The position numbers and the translations under genes are program-made. DNA of 64,000 nucleotides from an uncultured Candidatus Saccharibacteria bacterium (lineage in GTDB: Bacteria; Patescibacteriota; Minisyncoccia; Phycocordibacterales; WO2-35-19), in contig CAZFHL010000001.1 of the NCBI GenBank assembly GCA_964519145.1, positions 682 through 64,681 on the forward strand. The letters run 5' to 3'. How positions within the stretch are numbered: the stretch's first letter is position 1; each line of letters begins with the position of its first letter. Below are positions 18,923 to 30,600 of this stretch, in pieces. The notes under the pieces were generated by a model. It ran no database searches. It saw nothing but the letters and a program-made list of their open reading frames with translations, and was not told where the DNA came from.

Positions 18923-20584
18923 ATGGCTTATTTGCTATTTTCTGGTAGACATTTACTTAACACTGAATTTCAACGAAAATATTTGTTGGATATTTTACAA
19001 TTGCCAATTGGTAAAATGAAAACTTTAAATAAATTTGCTGGTAATGGTGATGATAAAATTGATCATATAATTTTTGCTGTAACATCAGCCAATCAAGAAA
19101 ATTCTAGGTATAATCCTGTACCATTTTATCTTCGGGCATTAGGTCTTGATAGATTTTCAAAAGAATATCGTGATTTATTAAATATAAAATTCGATATATT
19201 ACCAATACCACATTTTAATACAGCTCAAAATTTTCCGGAATTACTATTGAAAGAGATTTCTGAAAAAACAGAAGGACGCTTGATGTTAAATAATAAAAAT
19301 TCAATAGTACTATGTTCTACTCCTAGTTTGGTGGATATGTTTAAGGATCTAGATTTTGCAATTTTAACGTCTGAATATGATTTTGAAAGTAAAGTTGTTG
19401 TTGAGAAAATACCAATAGATTATATAAAATTATTGACTGAAATTGAAAATGGTTGGGAAAATGATGAAGAAATAAAGAATGGACTATCAAAAACCTCCAT
19501 TAGTTTGTGGCAAGACTTTCCTCAAATACCAAAAAAAATTTTAAGATTATGGAAAGACCCATTATTAAATGAAAAGGGAAGTATAACTGAAAATAGGGAT
19601 TACTCTACTTACTCCATTGGTATGGGACATAAAATTTTGCTCGAATCTAAATATAATGATATAAAAAATTTTATTGTTCCAGGGAAAATTGTAGATGAAG
19701 GTTGTGCTGATGGGGCATTAATGACTTTTCTTGCCAAGGATTTTCCAGATTCAGACATAATAGGAATAGAGATAACATCTGAGTTTATAGCGCGCTTTCT
19801 TGAGCGTCAAAGATTGCGAGAATTTGGGGATACTTTTGTTTTTATCCATCAGAGAAATTTGATGGATAAGATATTTGAAGATAACTCAATTGACACAACA
19901 ATATGTAATTCTACTACTCATGAAATATGGTCTTATGGTGAAGGTCGGAATTCTTTAGATAAATATTTGAGCATGAAATTTGCTCAACTTAGGAAAAATG
20001 GTCATATAATAATCCGTGATGTTGTTGGTCCTGAAAATAAAGATCAAGAAATTTATGTTGAATTAAATGATCGTGACGGATCAAATGATGATGTTATGAA
20101 AGAATGTAGTGATAGGGAAGAATTGCGCGATCATTTAGAAAATATCTCTACTTATTCAAAATTTTTGCGATTTGCTGATGATTATTTAAAAGATATGAGA
20201 AATAAAGGTCAAAGAAATGATGAAACCAAAATAAAATTTAGGGAAGAAATAGTAAATAACAAAAAATATATAATCACTAGTTTAAAAAATGCATCTGAAT
20301 TTATGACTAAAAAAGATTATACCAATAATTGGCAAAGTGAACTGAACGAAGAATTTGCTTTCTGGAGTTTTAGCGAATGGAAAGAAGGTCTGAGTAGAGC
20401 AGGTTTTAAGGTGATAGAAAATCCAAATATACCAGATGAATCATCAAGATCTTTTACAATACCATGGGTTATAGAAAATAGATTTAAAGGTAAGGTAAAA
20501 TTGTTTAATAAAAATGAAATGGGTGATTTGATTGAAATACCATATCCAGTCACCAATATGGTTTTAGTTGGCCAAAAATTGTAA
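18923..20584 (+). CDS. two-domain protein with C-terminal class I SAM-dependent methyltransferase
   Basis: Motif I VDEGCADGALM. Motif II IIGIEI. Post I/II pattern. The N-terminal roughly 230 aa are unassigned. Confidence 0.55.
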   Translation: MAYLLFSGRHLLNTEFQRKYLLDILQLPIGKMKTLNKFAGNGDDKIDHIIFAVTSANQENSRYNPVPFYLRALGLDRFSKEYRDLLNIKFDILPIPHFNTAQNFPELLLKEISEKTEGRLMLNNKNSIVLCSTPSLVDMFKDLDFAILTSEYDFESKVVVEKIPIDYIKLLTEIENGWENDEEIKNGLSKTSISLWQDFPQIPKKILRLWKDPLLNEKGSITENRDYSTYSIGMGHKILLESKYNDIKNFIVPGKIVDEGCADGALMTFLAKDFPDSDIIGIEITSEFIARFLERQRLREFGDTFVFIHQRNLMDKIFEDNSIDTTICNSTTHEIWSYGEGRNSLDKYLSMKFAQLRKNGHIIIRDVVGPENKDQEIYVELNDRDGSNDDVMKECSDREELRDHLENISTYSKFLRFADDYLKDMRNKGQRNDETKIKFREEIVNNKKYIITSLKNASEFMTKKDYTNNWQSELNEEFAFWSFSEWKEGLSRAGFKVIENPNIPDESSRSFTIPWVIENRFKGKVKLFNKNEMGDLIEIPYPVTNMVLVGQKL

Positions 20585-20783
20585 TAATAATTAATAAATC
20601 TATTACATAATATTTTCTTAACTATCGATATTGTTTGATGTGGATATTTTTTATCAATTACTATTTATTTAAAAATTGTGCTATTATGGATACAAGCGAT
20701 TTGTTTGGTCGCTTTTGTTTTTCAATATAATCGATAAAGCTATTGAATAATCTTAATTTTAAAATAATTTAAATAAAATATTT

Positions 20784-21824
20784 ATGACAAATAAAAATAC
20801 AAAAATAGTTTGTACAATAGGACCTGTCACAAAAAGTGAAGAAATGTTATCAAAATTGCTTCAGTCTGGGATGAATATTGCCAGATTAAATTTTTCACAT
20901 GGTGATTTTGAAGAACATCAAATAAGTGTAGATAATTTAAGAAAAGCTGTTTCTAACACTGGTATAAATGGTTTTATCTTGCAAGATCTTTCTGGTCCAA
21001 AAATAAGATTAGGAAAATTTGAAACAGAGAGGGTTAATTTGGTTGCTGGAAATACTATTACTATAACCACGGAAGATATTGTTGGAAATACAGAAAAGGT
21101 TTCAATTAACTATCCAAATTTTCCTAAAGAAGTAAAAATAGGAGATAGTATAATGGTTGATGATGGTAAAAAAAGATTTGAAGTCTTAGAAATAAAAGGC
21201 GAGGAAGTTGTTTGTAAAATAATAGTAGGTGGAGACACAAAAGGTAGGAGAGGAGTAAATTTGCCAGATTCCGATTTATCTGTGAGCGCTCTTACAGAAA
21301 AAGATAGAAAAGATCTAGAATTTGGTGTTGCAAATAAAGTAGATTTTATGGCGCTTTCTTTTGTTCGCAACCCGGAAGACATAGATGAATTAAGAAATAT
21401 TTTAAAGGAGAAAAATTTTGAGACAAAAATAATTGCAAAAATAGAAACACCTCAAGCCATTAAAAACATTGATGCAATTATTGAAAAAGTAGACGGTATC
21501 ATGATAGCAAGAGGGGATTTGGCTATTGAGGTACCTTTTGAAAAAGTGCCTATGTATCAAAAAGAAATAATAGAAAAATGTAATAATAAAGGTAAATTTG
21601 TAATAGTGGCAACACAAATGCTTGAATCTATGATTCATTCTCCTGTAGCAACAAGAGCAGAAGTTTCTGATGTTGCAAACGCTATATTGGACGGTACAAA
21701 TGCGATAATGCTCTCAGAAGAAACCACTTTAGGAGAATACCCAATTCATGCTGTAGAAGTTATGACAAAAATTGCAGAAGAGGTAGAAAATAATTATCCA
21801 GATAAATTTAAAAAGAGAAAATAG
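20784..21824 (+). CDS. pyk: pyruvate kinase (short form lacking the C-terminal regulatory domain)
   Basis: KIVCTIGP start. K+/Mg-binding motifs ([10 protein letters not shown]). Only 346 aa against the typical length of about 470. Confidence 0.85.
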   Translation: MTNKNTKIVCTIGPVTKSEEMLSKLLQSGMNIARLNFSHGDFEEHQISVDNLRKAVSNTGINGFILQDLSGPKIRLGKFETERVNLVAGNTITITTEDIVGNTEKVSINYPNFPKEVKIGDSIMVDDGKKRFEVLEIKGEEVVCKIIVGGDTKGRRGVNLPDSDLSVSALTEKDRKDLEFGVANKVDFMALSFVRNPEDIDELRNILKEKNFETKIIAKIETPQAIKNIDAIIEKVDGIMIARGDLAIEVPFEKVPMYQKEIIEKCNNKGKFVIVATQMLESMIHSPVATRAEVSDVANAILDGTNAIMLSEETTLGEYPIHAVEVMTKIAEEVENNYPDKFKKRK

Positions 21825-21884
21825 ACTGTGGTTTTTAATAAGTCCATTGACTAAAACTATTTAATTTGTTAGCTTATATATCAT

Positions 21885-22310
21885 ATGTTAAAAATAAGAC
21901 TTCAAAGAGTTGGAAGAGTTCATCAGCCTATATTTAGGCTAGTTTTGACTGATTCTAAAAATTCACCTAAAAGTGGAAATTTCAGAGAAATACTTGGTAA
22001 TTTTGATGTGAGAAGACCAGAAAAAGCTCAATTTAATATTGAAAAAATAAAATTTTGGATATCAAATGGAGCAAAGCCTTCTGATACAGTGTTTAATTTG
22101 CTTATAGATAAAAAAATTATAGAAGGTAAAAAGATTAATAATTTACCAAAAAAGAGTCCTATAATAAGTGAAGAAATGAAAGCTAAAATGGCAGAAGATG
22201 TAAAAGCTAAAGAAGAATTACAGGATATAAAGGTGGGGGCAGACACTCCAATAGAGACTGAATCAAAAGAAGAGCCATCAAATGAAAACACTGCTGTTAT
22301 CACAGAATAA
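21885..22310 (+). CDS. rpsP: 30S ribosomal protein S16 with C-terminal extension
   Basis: MLKIRLQRVGRVHQPIFRLV matches the conserved S16 N-terminus. Followed by a KH gene and trmD. Confidence 0.9.
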   Translation: MLKIRLQRVGRVHQPIFRLVLTDSKNSPKSGNFREILGNFDVRRPEKAQFNIEKIKFWISNGAKPSDTVFNLLIDKKIIEGKKINNLPKKSPIISEEMKAKMAEDVKAKEELQDIKVGADTPIETESKEEPSNENTAVITE

Positions 22311-22435
22311 ACTATCACTCAATAATATTTGTCCATCTGCTATTTATTAAAAGTAATACACACTGTTTTGCATATATTTGTTATTTGTAATATAATTGAA
22401 GAGGCTAGAGATTATTAATTATTTTTAAAACCGAA

Positions 22436-22744
22436 ATGGAAAACGATATACAATTTTTAGATTTTGTTGTTAAGGGTTTGGTAGATCATCCTGAGTCTGT
22501 AAAAATAAACAGAACAGTTGATGAAATGGGAGTATTATTAACATTAGATGTACACCCAGAAGATATGGGTAAAATAATCGGAAGATCTGGAAATACGGCA
22601 AAAGCTATAAGAATATTACTCAGAGTTGTTGGTATGAAAAACAATGCTAGAGTAAATCTAAAAATAAATGAGCCGGTTGGAGGAAAGAGAAGTGAATCAT
22701 CTCTAAAATCAGTAGATGATGTGATGGATGATTTGAAACTTTAA
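22436..22744 (+). CDS. KH-domain RNA-binding protein (UPF0109/YlqC-like)
   Basis: GKIIGRSGNTAKAIRILL KH motif. The rpsP-KH-trmD gene order is conserved. Confidence 0.8.
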   Translation: MENDIQFLDFVVKGLVDHPESVKINRTVDEMGVLLTLDVHPEDMGKIIGRSGNTAKAIRILLRVVGMKNNARVNLKINEPVGGKRSESSLKSVDDVMDDLKL

Positions 22745-22760
22745 TTTAAAACTTAAAAAA

Positions 22761-22797
22761 ACAAAACCACCTCATTTTCGAGGTGGTTTTGTTTTTT
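22761..22797 (+). terminator. Rho-independent terminator
   Basis: ccacctc-attttc-gaggtgg plus a T tract. Confidence 0.75.
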
Positions 22798-22817
22798 GTA
22801 AAAATATGGTATTTTAG

Positions 22818-22943
22818 CTTCAAAAGTCCTAGAACATAAAACCTTTTTGGGGCCTAGCGAGTTTGACGAGACGAGCTCGAGGAATTTTTTAGCAAAAAAA
22901 TATCCGTGGTCCAAAAAGGTTTTATCGAGAAAGACTTTTGAAG
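22818..22943 (-). repeat. interspersed structured repeat, copy A (core in reverse orientation)
   Basis: Core gcctagcgag...agctcgaggaattttttagcaaaaaaatatccgtgg. Arms cttcaaaagtcctag.../...gacttttgaag are self-complementary. Confidence 0.7.
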
Positions 22944-22963
22944 CAGTTTATATATAATATTTT

Positions 22964-23686
22964 ATGAACTTCCATATAATTACACTTTTTAAAGAAAGCT
23001 TCAGCTCATACTTAAGTGAGTCTATTTTAGGTAGAGCTATTAAAAATAAAATTATAAAAATACATTTTTATAATCCTAGAGATTTTGCAAATAATAAATT
23101 TAAACACATAGATCAAAGGCCTTATGGGGGTGGTCCTGGTATGGTTTTGCAAGCGGAACCCGTAGCTAAAGCTATTGAGAAAGCTATAAAAATAATAAAA
23201 ATTAAAAATCAAAAACTGGAAATTAAATCTAAAATTGAAAATTCAAAAATTAAATTTAAAAGTAAAAAAGGGGATAATAAATTTAAAATCAAAATCATAT
23301 TTTTTTCGCCCAGTGGAAAGAGGTTTGATACAAGCTATGCTAAAAAATTGTCTAAAAATTATAATGATATTGTTTTAATTTGTGGTAGATACGAAGGTAT
23401 TGACGCAAGGATTAAAAAGATTTTTAAAATGGACGAAGTTTCAATAGGAGATTTTGTATTAACAGGAGGTGAAATACCAGCTATGGTTTTGATTGATTGT
23501 ATAGGAAGACAAATAAAGGGTTTTTTAGGAAATTTTGATTCAAGAGAAGAAGAGAGGATTTCTAGCTCAGATGTTTATACAAGACCAGAAGTTTTGGAAT
23601 TTAATGCTAAAAAATATAGAGTGCCAAAAATTTTATTGTCTGGTAACCATAAAAAGATAGATGAATGGAAAGAAAAAAGTAAATAA
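22964..23686 (+). CDS. trmD: tRNA (guanine37-N1)-methyltransferase with a Lys-rich insertion
   Basis: N-terminal ITLFKESF. GRYEGIDARI. C-terminal SIGDFVLTGGEIPA (SPOUT knot). Low-complexity insert at about aa 70-115. Confidence 0.85.
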   Translation: MNFHIITLFKESFSSYLSESILGRAIKNKIIKIHFYNPRDFANNKFKHIDQRPYGGGPGMVLQAEPVAKAIEKAIKIIKIKNQKLEIKSKIENSKIKFKSKKGDNKFKIKIIFFSPSGKRFDTSYAKKLSKNYNDIVLICGRYEGIDARIKKIFKMDEVSIGDFVLTGGEIPAMVLIDCIGRQIKGFLGNFDSREEERISSSDVYTRPEVLEFNAKKYRVPKILLSGNHKKIDEWKEKSK

Positions 23687-23690
23687 AATT

Positions 23691-23734
23691 AAGAAAGCAA
23701 AAAACCTGATCAAAGTCAGGTTTTTTGCTTTCTT
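23691..23734 (+). terminator. Rho-independent (bidirectional-looking) terminator
   Basis: aagaaagcaaaaaacctgat-caaa-gtcaggttttttgctttctt. Confidence 0.75.
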
Positions 23735-24372
23735 AACCAACAAAAAGAATTTAGTCGTACTCTCTAAAATCTTTATTTAAATATTTGGTCAAGCCAAAGG
23801 AGAAATTCGTTAAAGATTTGTATCCTAGTGACCTTCTCTTTTGGTTTTACTCCTTTAAGTCGTAAGTACTACGACTGTTTAAAAAACAGTCTTTAAATAA
23901 TGTATCATATTTTATTTTTTTTAAAAAAATATCAGTGGATAAGTTTTAATTAAATTGTAGGATTTATCCCCGCTTCGATGAATTAAAAAGTAGACTTTTA
24001 TTCAAAAGTAATTAATGGATTAAAAATACTTATCCACATTGTTTGGTTGACAATGTTGACATTTATAACCTAAGGGTTTATACTTGTATTTACTATTGAA
24101 AGATTGAGTTATGGCTTGTCAACCTAATAAGTGGATATTTGTTTCAAATATTTTAATTTAGGTCAATAGAAGACTGTTTAGAGCTCAAAATAGTCCCCAA
24201 TTACAAGCAAATTTCTTAGTTTGACTTACAAAACAAATATCAGTTAAATATAAAAGTTTATAAAACCCAGTTTAAGTGGGTGTTATTTTGTTTGTAGTAT
24301 TTTAAATAAGGAATAAAAGATTATAGAGTCCGGTACCTTTTTATTTTAGTATTAAAAAATTATTAAAAAATT

Positions 24373-27300
24373 ATGTCAAATACAGCAACAAAAGCTAAAT
24401 CAACTAAAGTATTGCCAAAAAAATATTTTAGTAAATTTAAAAAACCAATGGTTCCGATTCCAAACTTAGTAAAGGATCAGGTAGAATCTTTTAATTGGTT
24501 GATTGAGAAGGGTATAAAAGAGGTTTTTGATGAGTTTAAAGCAATAAATGACTTTTCTGGTAAAAAATTTAGATTTGAATTTCTAAGTTTTGAAATGGAA
24601 AAACCTAAATATGATGAATATTATGCAAAAGAAAAGAAGCTCTCGTATGAAGCACCTCTTAAAGCTCGTGTAAAACTTGTAAACAAGACTACTGGTACTG
24701 AAAAAGAACAAGAGGTATTTATGACAGACTTTCCTATGATGACATCCCATGGGACTTTTATTGTTAGTGGAATCGAAAGGGTAATAGTGCCACAACTAGC
24801 TAGATCTTTCGGTGTATTTTTTACAGAAATAGAATCTAAAGGGAAATTGCTTTTTGGAGCAAAAATTATACCAGCTAGAGGTGCATGGATTGAAATAGAA
24901 ACAGATGTTGATAAGTCTTTGTTTGTAAGAATTGATAGAAAGAGAAAATTTTCAGTAACATCTCTTCTAAGAGCTTTTGGTGCAGAAACAGATTCAGAAA
25001 TGCTAGATTTATTTAAAGGAAATCCAGATGCTAAAGAATATATAGAAAAATCTTTAGCAAAAGATCATGCAAAAACAGCAGATGAATCATTTGTCGAAAT
25101 ATATAGAAGACTTCGTGATGGAGATTTGGCTACAGCAGAAAATGCTAGAGAGTTTTTCAAATCTCTTTTTGATGTTGAAAGATATGATTTACAAAAAGTC
25201 GGAAGATTTAGATTTAATTCAAGATTTGGTTTAAGTACAGAAGGTAAAGAGGCTGAAAGAAGAACTTTAAATTTAGAAGATATAAAATTGGTTATTAATC
25301 ATATAATATCTCTAAACGTAACTCCTGGTTCAACAGAAGATGATATAGATCATTTAGGTAGTAGAAGAGTTAGATATGTTGGAGAACTATTGCAACAAAA
25401 ATTTAGGATGGGCATGGCTCAAATCAAGAGGAATATGCAAAATAGAATGTCAACAGTTGAAACAGATTTAACTTTGCCAATACAATTTATAATACCAAAA
25501 CCTCTTCAGGCTAGAATAAAAGAATTTTTCACAACAAACCAATTATCTCAATTTATGGCCCAAGAAAATGCTTTGGCTGAGATAGAACATTTGCGTATTT
25601 TGTCTGCTCTAGGTCCTGGAGGTTTAAATAGGAGTAGAGCAGGTTTTGAGGTGCGTGATGTTCACCCTTCTCATTATGGTAGACTTTGTCCAATACATAC
25701 ACCAGAAGGTCCAAACATTGGTCTTATACTTCACTTATCTTTGTATGCAAGAATAAATGAATTTGGAATGATAGAAACTCCTTATGCAAAAGTTAAAAAA
25801 GGTATAGTGACAGATGAAATAGTATATTTGAATGCTTTAGAAGAGGAACAGTATGCAATTGCTCACGCCGCAGTTCCATATAATGAAAAGGGCAAAATTG
25901 AAGTTGATATGGTAGAAGCTAGAATAAAAGGTAAACCTGGTATTACAGATAGAGATAAAATAGATTTTATGGATGTGGCTACAAACCAAGCATTTTCAAT
26001 TGCTACTTCTATGATTCCTTTTCTTAATCATGACGATGCTCACAGAGCACTCATGGGTTCTAATATGCAAAAACAAGCTACTCCTTGTGTTGAACCAGAA
26101 GCTCCTGTAGTTGCTACAGGTATTGAGGGTCCTGCTATGAAAGATACAGGAAGACTTGTTGTTGCAAATGAAGATGGAACTGTAAGTAAATTGTCCGGAA
26201 ATTCAATAGAAATAACTAGCAATAAGGGTATAAAAAATAATTACAGACTAATAAATTTTGCAAAAACCAATAGTGCGACTTGTTTCCATCAGAGACCTAT
26301 TGTTGATATTGGTGATACAGTAAAAAAGGGTGATGTTTTGGCAGATTCATTAACTAGTGTAAATGGAGAAATGGCAATTGGTCAAAATATATTCATCGCT
26401 TTTCTTTCTTGGTCTGGTGCAAACTATGAAGATGCTATTATATTGTCTGAGAGATTAATAAAAGAAAATAAATTTACAACAGTTCATATTGATGAAGTTG
26501 TAGTAAATGTTCGTGATACTAAATTAGGTCCTGAAGTTACTACTTGCGATATACCAAACATTGGTGAAAGTAAATTAAAAAATTTAGCAGAAGATGGAAT
26601 TGTGAGAGTTGGAGCAGAGGTTAGTCCTGGTGATATATTGGTTGGTAAAATTACTCCAAAAGGTGAAAGTCAATTGACTCCAGAAGAGAGATTGCTTAGG
26701 TCTTTGTTTGGTGAAAAGGCTAGAGATGTTAAAGATACTTCAAAGAGAGTTGAGGGTGGTAAAAAGGGTAGAATAATAAATGTTCAGGTCTTTTCAAGAG
26801 AAAAAGGAGATAAGTTGGATTCAGGTATTATAAAAAGAATTCATATTGAAATTGCCCAAATAAGAAATGTTTCTGTTGGAGATAAGTTGGCAGGAAGACA
26901 TGGTAATAAAGGTGTTATATCAAGGATACTTCCTGTCGAAGATATGCCTTATACAGCAGACGGTACACCTGTTGATATAATACTGACCCCTCTTGGTCTG
27001 CCTTCAAGAATGAACCTTGGTCAAATCCTTGAATTGCATTTAGGTTTGGCAGCAAAAACTTTAGGTTATCAGGCAATTGTTCCACCATTTGCGGGTGCTA
27101 CAGATATGGAAATAAAAGAAGAATTGAAAAAAGCAGGATTTAATGAAAATGGAAAAATACAATTATTTGATGGTCGTACAGGGGATGCTTTTAAACAAGA
27201 AACTTCTGTTGGTTATATGTATATGTTAAAACTTGACCATATGGTTGAAGATAAAATACATATGAGATCTATTGGGCCTTATTCTCTAATCACACAACAA

Positions 27301-27603
27301 CCGTTGGGTGGAAAGGCACAAGGTGGAGGCCAAAGATTTGGAGAAATGGAAGTTTGGGCGCTTTTGGGTCATGGTGCTGCTTATACATTGCGTGAAATGT
27401 TGACTATAAAATCTGACGATATTTTAGGAAGAAGTGCGGCTTTTGATGCTATTGTAAAAGGAGAAAAAATTAAATCAGAAAATTTACCAGCGGCGTTTAA
27501 TGTTCTTATAAGCAATTTAAGAGGTCTTGCTCTAGATATTGATTTAGTAAAAAGAGACAGGGGAGATTTCAAATTATCAGATGATTTAAATAATAAAAAT
27601 TAA
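24373..27603 (+). CDS. rpoB: DNA-directed RNA polymerase subunit beta
   Basis: Full-length rpoB with conserved rifampicin region and catalytic motifs (GEMEVWAL). Confidence 0.97.
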   Translation: MSNTATKAKSTKVLPKKYFSKFKKPMVPIPNLVKDQVESFNWLIEKGIKEVFDEFKAINDFSGKKFRFEFLSFEMEKPKYDEYYAKEKKLSYEAPLKARVKLVNKTTGTEKEQEVFMTDFPMMTSHGTFIVSGIERVIVPQLARSFGVFFTEIESKGKLLFGAKIIPARGAWIEIETDVDKSLFVRIDRKRKFSVTSLLRAFGAETDSEMLDLFKGNPDAKEYIEKSLAKDHAKTADESFVEIYRRLRDGDLATAENAREFFKSLFDVERYDLQKVGRFRFNSRFGLSTEGKEAERRTLNLEDIKLVINHIISLNVTPGSTEDDIDHLGSRRVRYVGELLQQKFRMGMAQIKRNMQNRMSTVETDLTLPIQFIIPKPLQARIKEFFTTNQLSQFMAQENALAEIEHLRILSALGPGGLNRSRAGFEVRDVHPSHYGRLCPIHTPEGPNIGLILHLSLYARINEFGMIETPYAKVKKGIVTDEIVYLNALEEEQYAIAHAAVPYNEKGKIEVDMVEARIKGKPGITDRDKIDFMDVATNQAFSIATSMIPFLNHDDAHRALMGSNMQKQATPCVEPEAPVVATGIEGPAMKDTGRLVVANEDGTVSKLSGNSIEITSNKGIKNNYRLINFAKTNSATCFHQRPIVDIGDTVKKGDVLADSLTSVNGEMAIGQNIFIAFLSWSGANYEDAIILSERLIKENKFTTVHIDEVVVNVRDTKLGPEVTTCDIPNIGESKLKNLAEDGIVRVGAEVSPGDILVGKITPKGESQLTPEERLLRSLFGEKARDVKDTSKRVEGGKKGRIINVQVFSREKGDKLDSGIIKRIHIEIAQIRNVSVGDKLAGRHGNKGVISRILPVEDMPYTADGTPVDIILTPLGLPSRMNLGQILELHLGLAAKTLGYQAIVPPFAGATDMEIKEELKKAGFNENGKIQLFDGRTGDAFKQETSVGYMYMLKLDHMVEDKIHMRSIGPYSLITQQPLGGKAQGGGQRFGEMEVWALLGHGAAYTLREMLTIKSDDILGRSAAFDAIVKGEKIKSENLPAAFNVLISNLRGLALDIDLVKRDRGDFKLSDDLNNKN

Positions 27604-27607
27604 AAAT

Positions 27608-30600
27608 ATGAATAATAGAAATCAAAGCTTGACACCTGATTTTGATATGATGAAGCTATCTTTGGCTTCACCTGAAAGAATCAAAGAATGGTCATATGGA
27701 GAAATAACAAAACCTGAAACCATTAATTACAGAACACAAAGAAGTGAAAGACATGGTTTGTTTGATGAAAAAATATTTGGTCCTGATAAAGACTATGAAT
27801 GTTATTGCGGTAAATACAAAGGTATAAGATACAAAGGTATTATTTGTGAAAAATGTGGAGTAGAAATAACAAGATCTATTGTAAGAAGAGAGAGAATGGG
27901 TCATATAGAACTCGCTGCTCCTGTATCAAATATTTGGTTTTTAAAGAGTATGCCATCAAGAATTTCTCTTATATTGGGGCTTCAAAGTATTGATGTTGAA
28001 AAAGTAATATATTTTGCAGGATACATTATTACAAAAGTTTCTAATGAATCAAAATTAGAAATATTGAGAGATTTAGATGCTGAGTTTAAAGCAAAAATAA
28101 AACAATTAACAGAAGAAAAGCATAAAGATGAATTGAAAGAAAAATTGCTATCAACTAAAAAAGAAATTGAGGACATAGTAGAGGGTAAAGTTATAGATGA
28201 AGTGGCTTATCATAATTATTCTGTAAAATATGGTTCATTTTTTGAAGCAGAGATTGGAGCAGAGGCAATTTTCAATATATTTAGGAGAACAGATCTTAAA
28301 AAATTAGAGACAGCTATTTTGGAAGAATTAAAAAATGCTAAATCAGTTGACAGCACAAAACTTTCAAAGAGATTAAGCATTATTCAATCAATGATAAGAT
28401 CAAATACTAGACCTGAATGGATGTTTTTGACATCTGTACCTGTCATACCTCCTGCTATGAGACCAATGGTTCCTCTTGATGGTGGTAGATACGCTACAAG
28501 TGATGTAAATGATTTGTACAGAAGAGTGATAAACAGAAATAATAGATTGAAAAAATTAAAAGAAATTGGAGCTCCTGATGTAATTTTAAGGAATGAAAAA
28601 AGAATTTTACAAGAAGCTGTTGATGCTTTGATCGATAATTCCATAAGACATAATAATCAACAAGCAAATGCTCAAGTAAATAAATCAAGAGAATTAAAAT
28701 CTTTAGCAGATAATCTTAAAGGCAAAAGAGGTTTATTCAGACAAAATCTTTTAGGTAAAAGAGTAGATTATTCTGGAAGATCTGTAATTGTTGTTGGACC
28801 AGATTTAAAACTACATCAATGTGGTTTACCAAAACATATGGCTTTGGAATTGTTTAAACCTTTTGTTGTGGCTCAATTATTAAAAAAGGAACTTGCTTTC
28901 AATGTAAGAGGTGCTAGCCGTCTTATTGATGATCAGATACCAGAAGTATGGGCAATACTTGAAGATGTTATAAAAAATAAATATGTGCTTTTAAACAGAG
29001 CTCCTACTTTGCACAGATTAGGTATTCAAGCATTTCAACCTATTTTAATTGAAGGAAATGCTATCCAAGTTCATCCACTTGTTTGTAATGCTTTCAATGC
29101 TGACTTCGATGGAGACCAAATGGCAGTACATGTACCTCTTTCAGAAGAAGCGCAAATAGAAGCAAAGATGATCATGGCTTCCGATAAAAATATTTTGAAA
29201 CCTGGAAGTGGTGAACCTACAATATCAAATAAACCACTCGATATTATCTTGGGTTGTTATTGGATGACAAAAGATGTTGTTGGTGAAAAAGGCGAAGGGT
29301 TGGTGTTTCCATCTCCAAACAATGCCATCACTGCTTATGATTTTGATTTGGTAAGTTTTAGAGCAAAGATAAAAGTTTTACCTACTGATTCTTTAAAATA
29401 TAAAAAATTTAATGGAGAGTTATTTGAAACAACCATAGGAAGATTATTATTTAATGCTGTTTTACCAAATGATTATCCTTATATAAACAATGAAATAGAT
29501 ACGAAGAAAATGAAGGCGATAATTGATGATCTTATACAACAATATGGGACAGACGCTATCCCTGCTATTATGGATAAAATAAAATCTTTTGGATTTAAGT
29601 ACGCTACAGTTTCTGGTGTTACTTGGAGTATCAGTGATGTTATTGTTCCTACTAAAAAAGATGAAATAATTTCAAATTCAAAAGAAAAAATTCAAGTTAT
29701 TGAGGATCAATACAATGATGGTCTAATATCTGAATCTGAAAAGAAAATTAAAAATATTGAAATTTGGTCATCTACAAAAGAACAAGTGGAAAAAGCAATG
29801 CAGGAAGTGATGGATAAAACAGGTTCTGTTTATGATATGGTGAAATCTGGAGCGAGAGGATCGATGGGACAATTGGTTCAAATGGCTGGTATGAAAGGGC
29901 TTATTGTAAATAATGCTGGAGAGACCATTGATTTTCCTGTTATTTCTTCAAACAAAGAAGGTCTAACACCAATAGAATATTTCATCACTACTCATGGAGC
30001 AAGAAAGGGTCTTACTGATACAGCATTAAATACCGCAAAAGCAGGTTACCTTACAAGAAGGTTGTTTGATGTTGGTCAAGATGTGTTGATAACAGAGGAA
30101 GATTGTGGAACAAAAAATAATATTCTCTTACAAAGAAGAACTCCATCTGGTATGGAAGTTTCTTTGGCAAAAGTTTCTAAAGGTAGGTTTATTGCAGAAG
30201 ATTTGAAAGATCAAGATGGTAATTTGATTTTTGAAAAAGGTCATTTTGTTACTCGTGATGATGCAAATAAAATAGAAGCATCTTCTGTACAAAATTTACT
30301 AGTCAGATCTCCTCTTACTTGCGAAACATTAGATGGTATCTGTGTTAAATGTTATGGTTCTGATTTGGGTAGAAATAAAATAATTGGGGTAGGTGAAGCT
30401 GTTGGTACTATTGCTGCTCAAGCTATTGGTGAGCCTGGTACTCAACTTACTATGCGTACTTTCCATCAAGGAGGTACTGCTTCTGCTGGTGGAGATATTA
30501 CGCAAGGTTTACCTAGAGTAGAAGAGGTTTTTGAAAATAGAACTCCAAAAAATCCGGCTGTGATTGCAAAAGTAGATGGTATTGTTAGCGAGATTAAAAC

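Noticed and set aside
23930-24140. Calling the DnaA-box cluster upstream of rpoB an oriC
   Set aside because: No dnaA/dnaN adjacency and no way to assess GC skew in a 64-kb window. Kept only as a regulatory-site observation.
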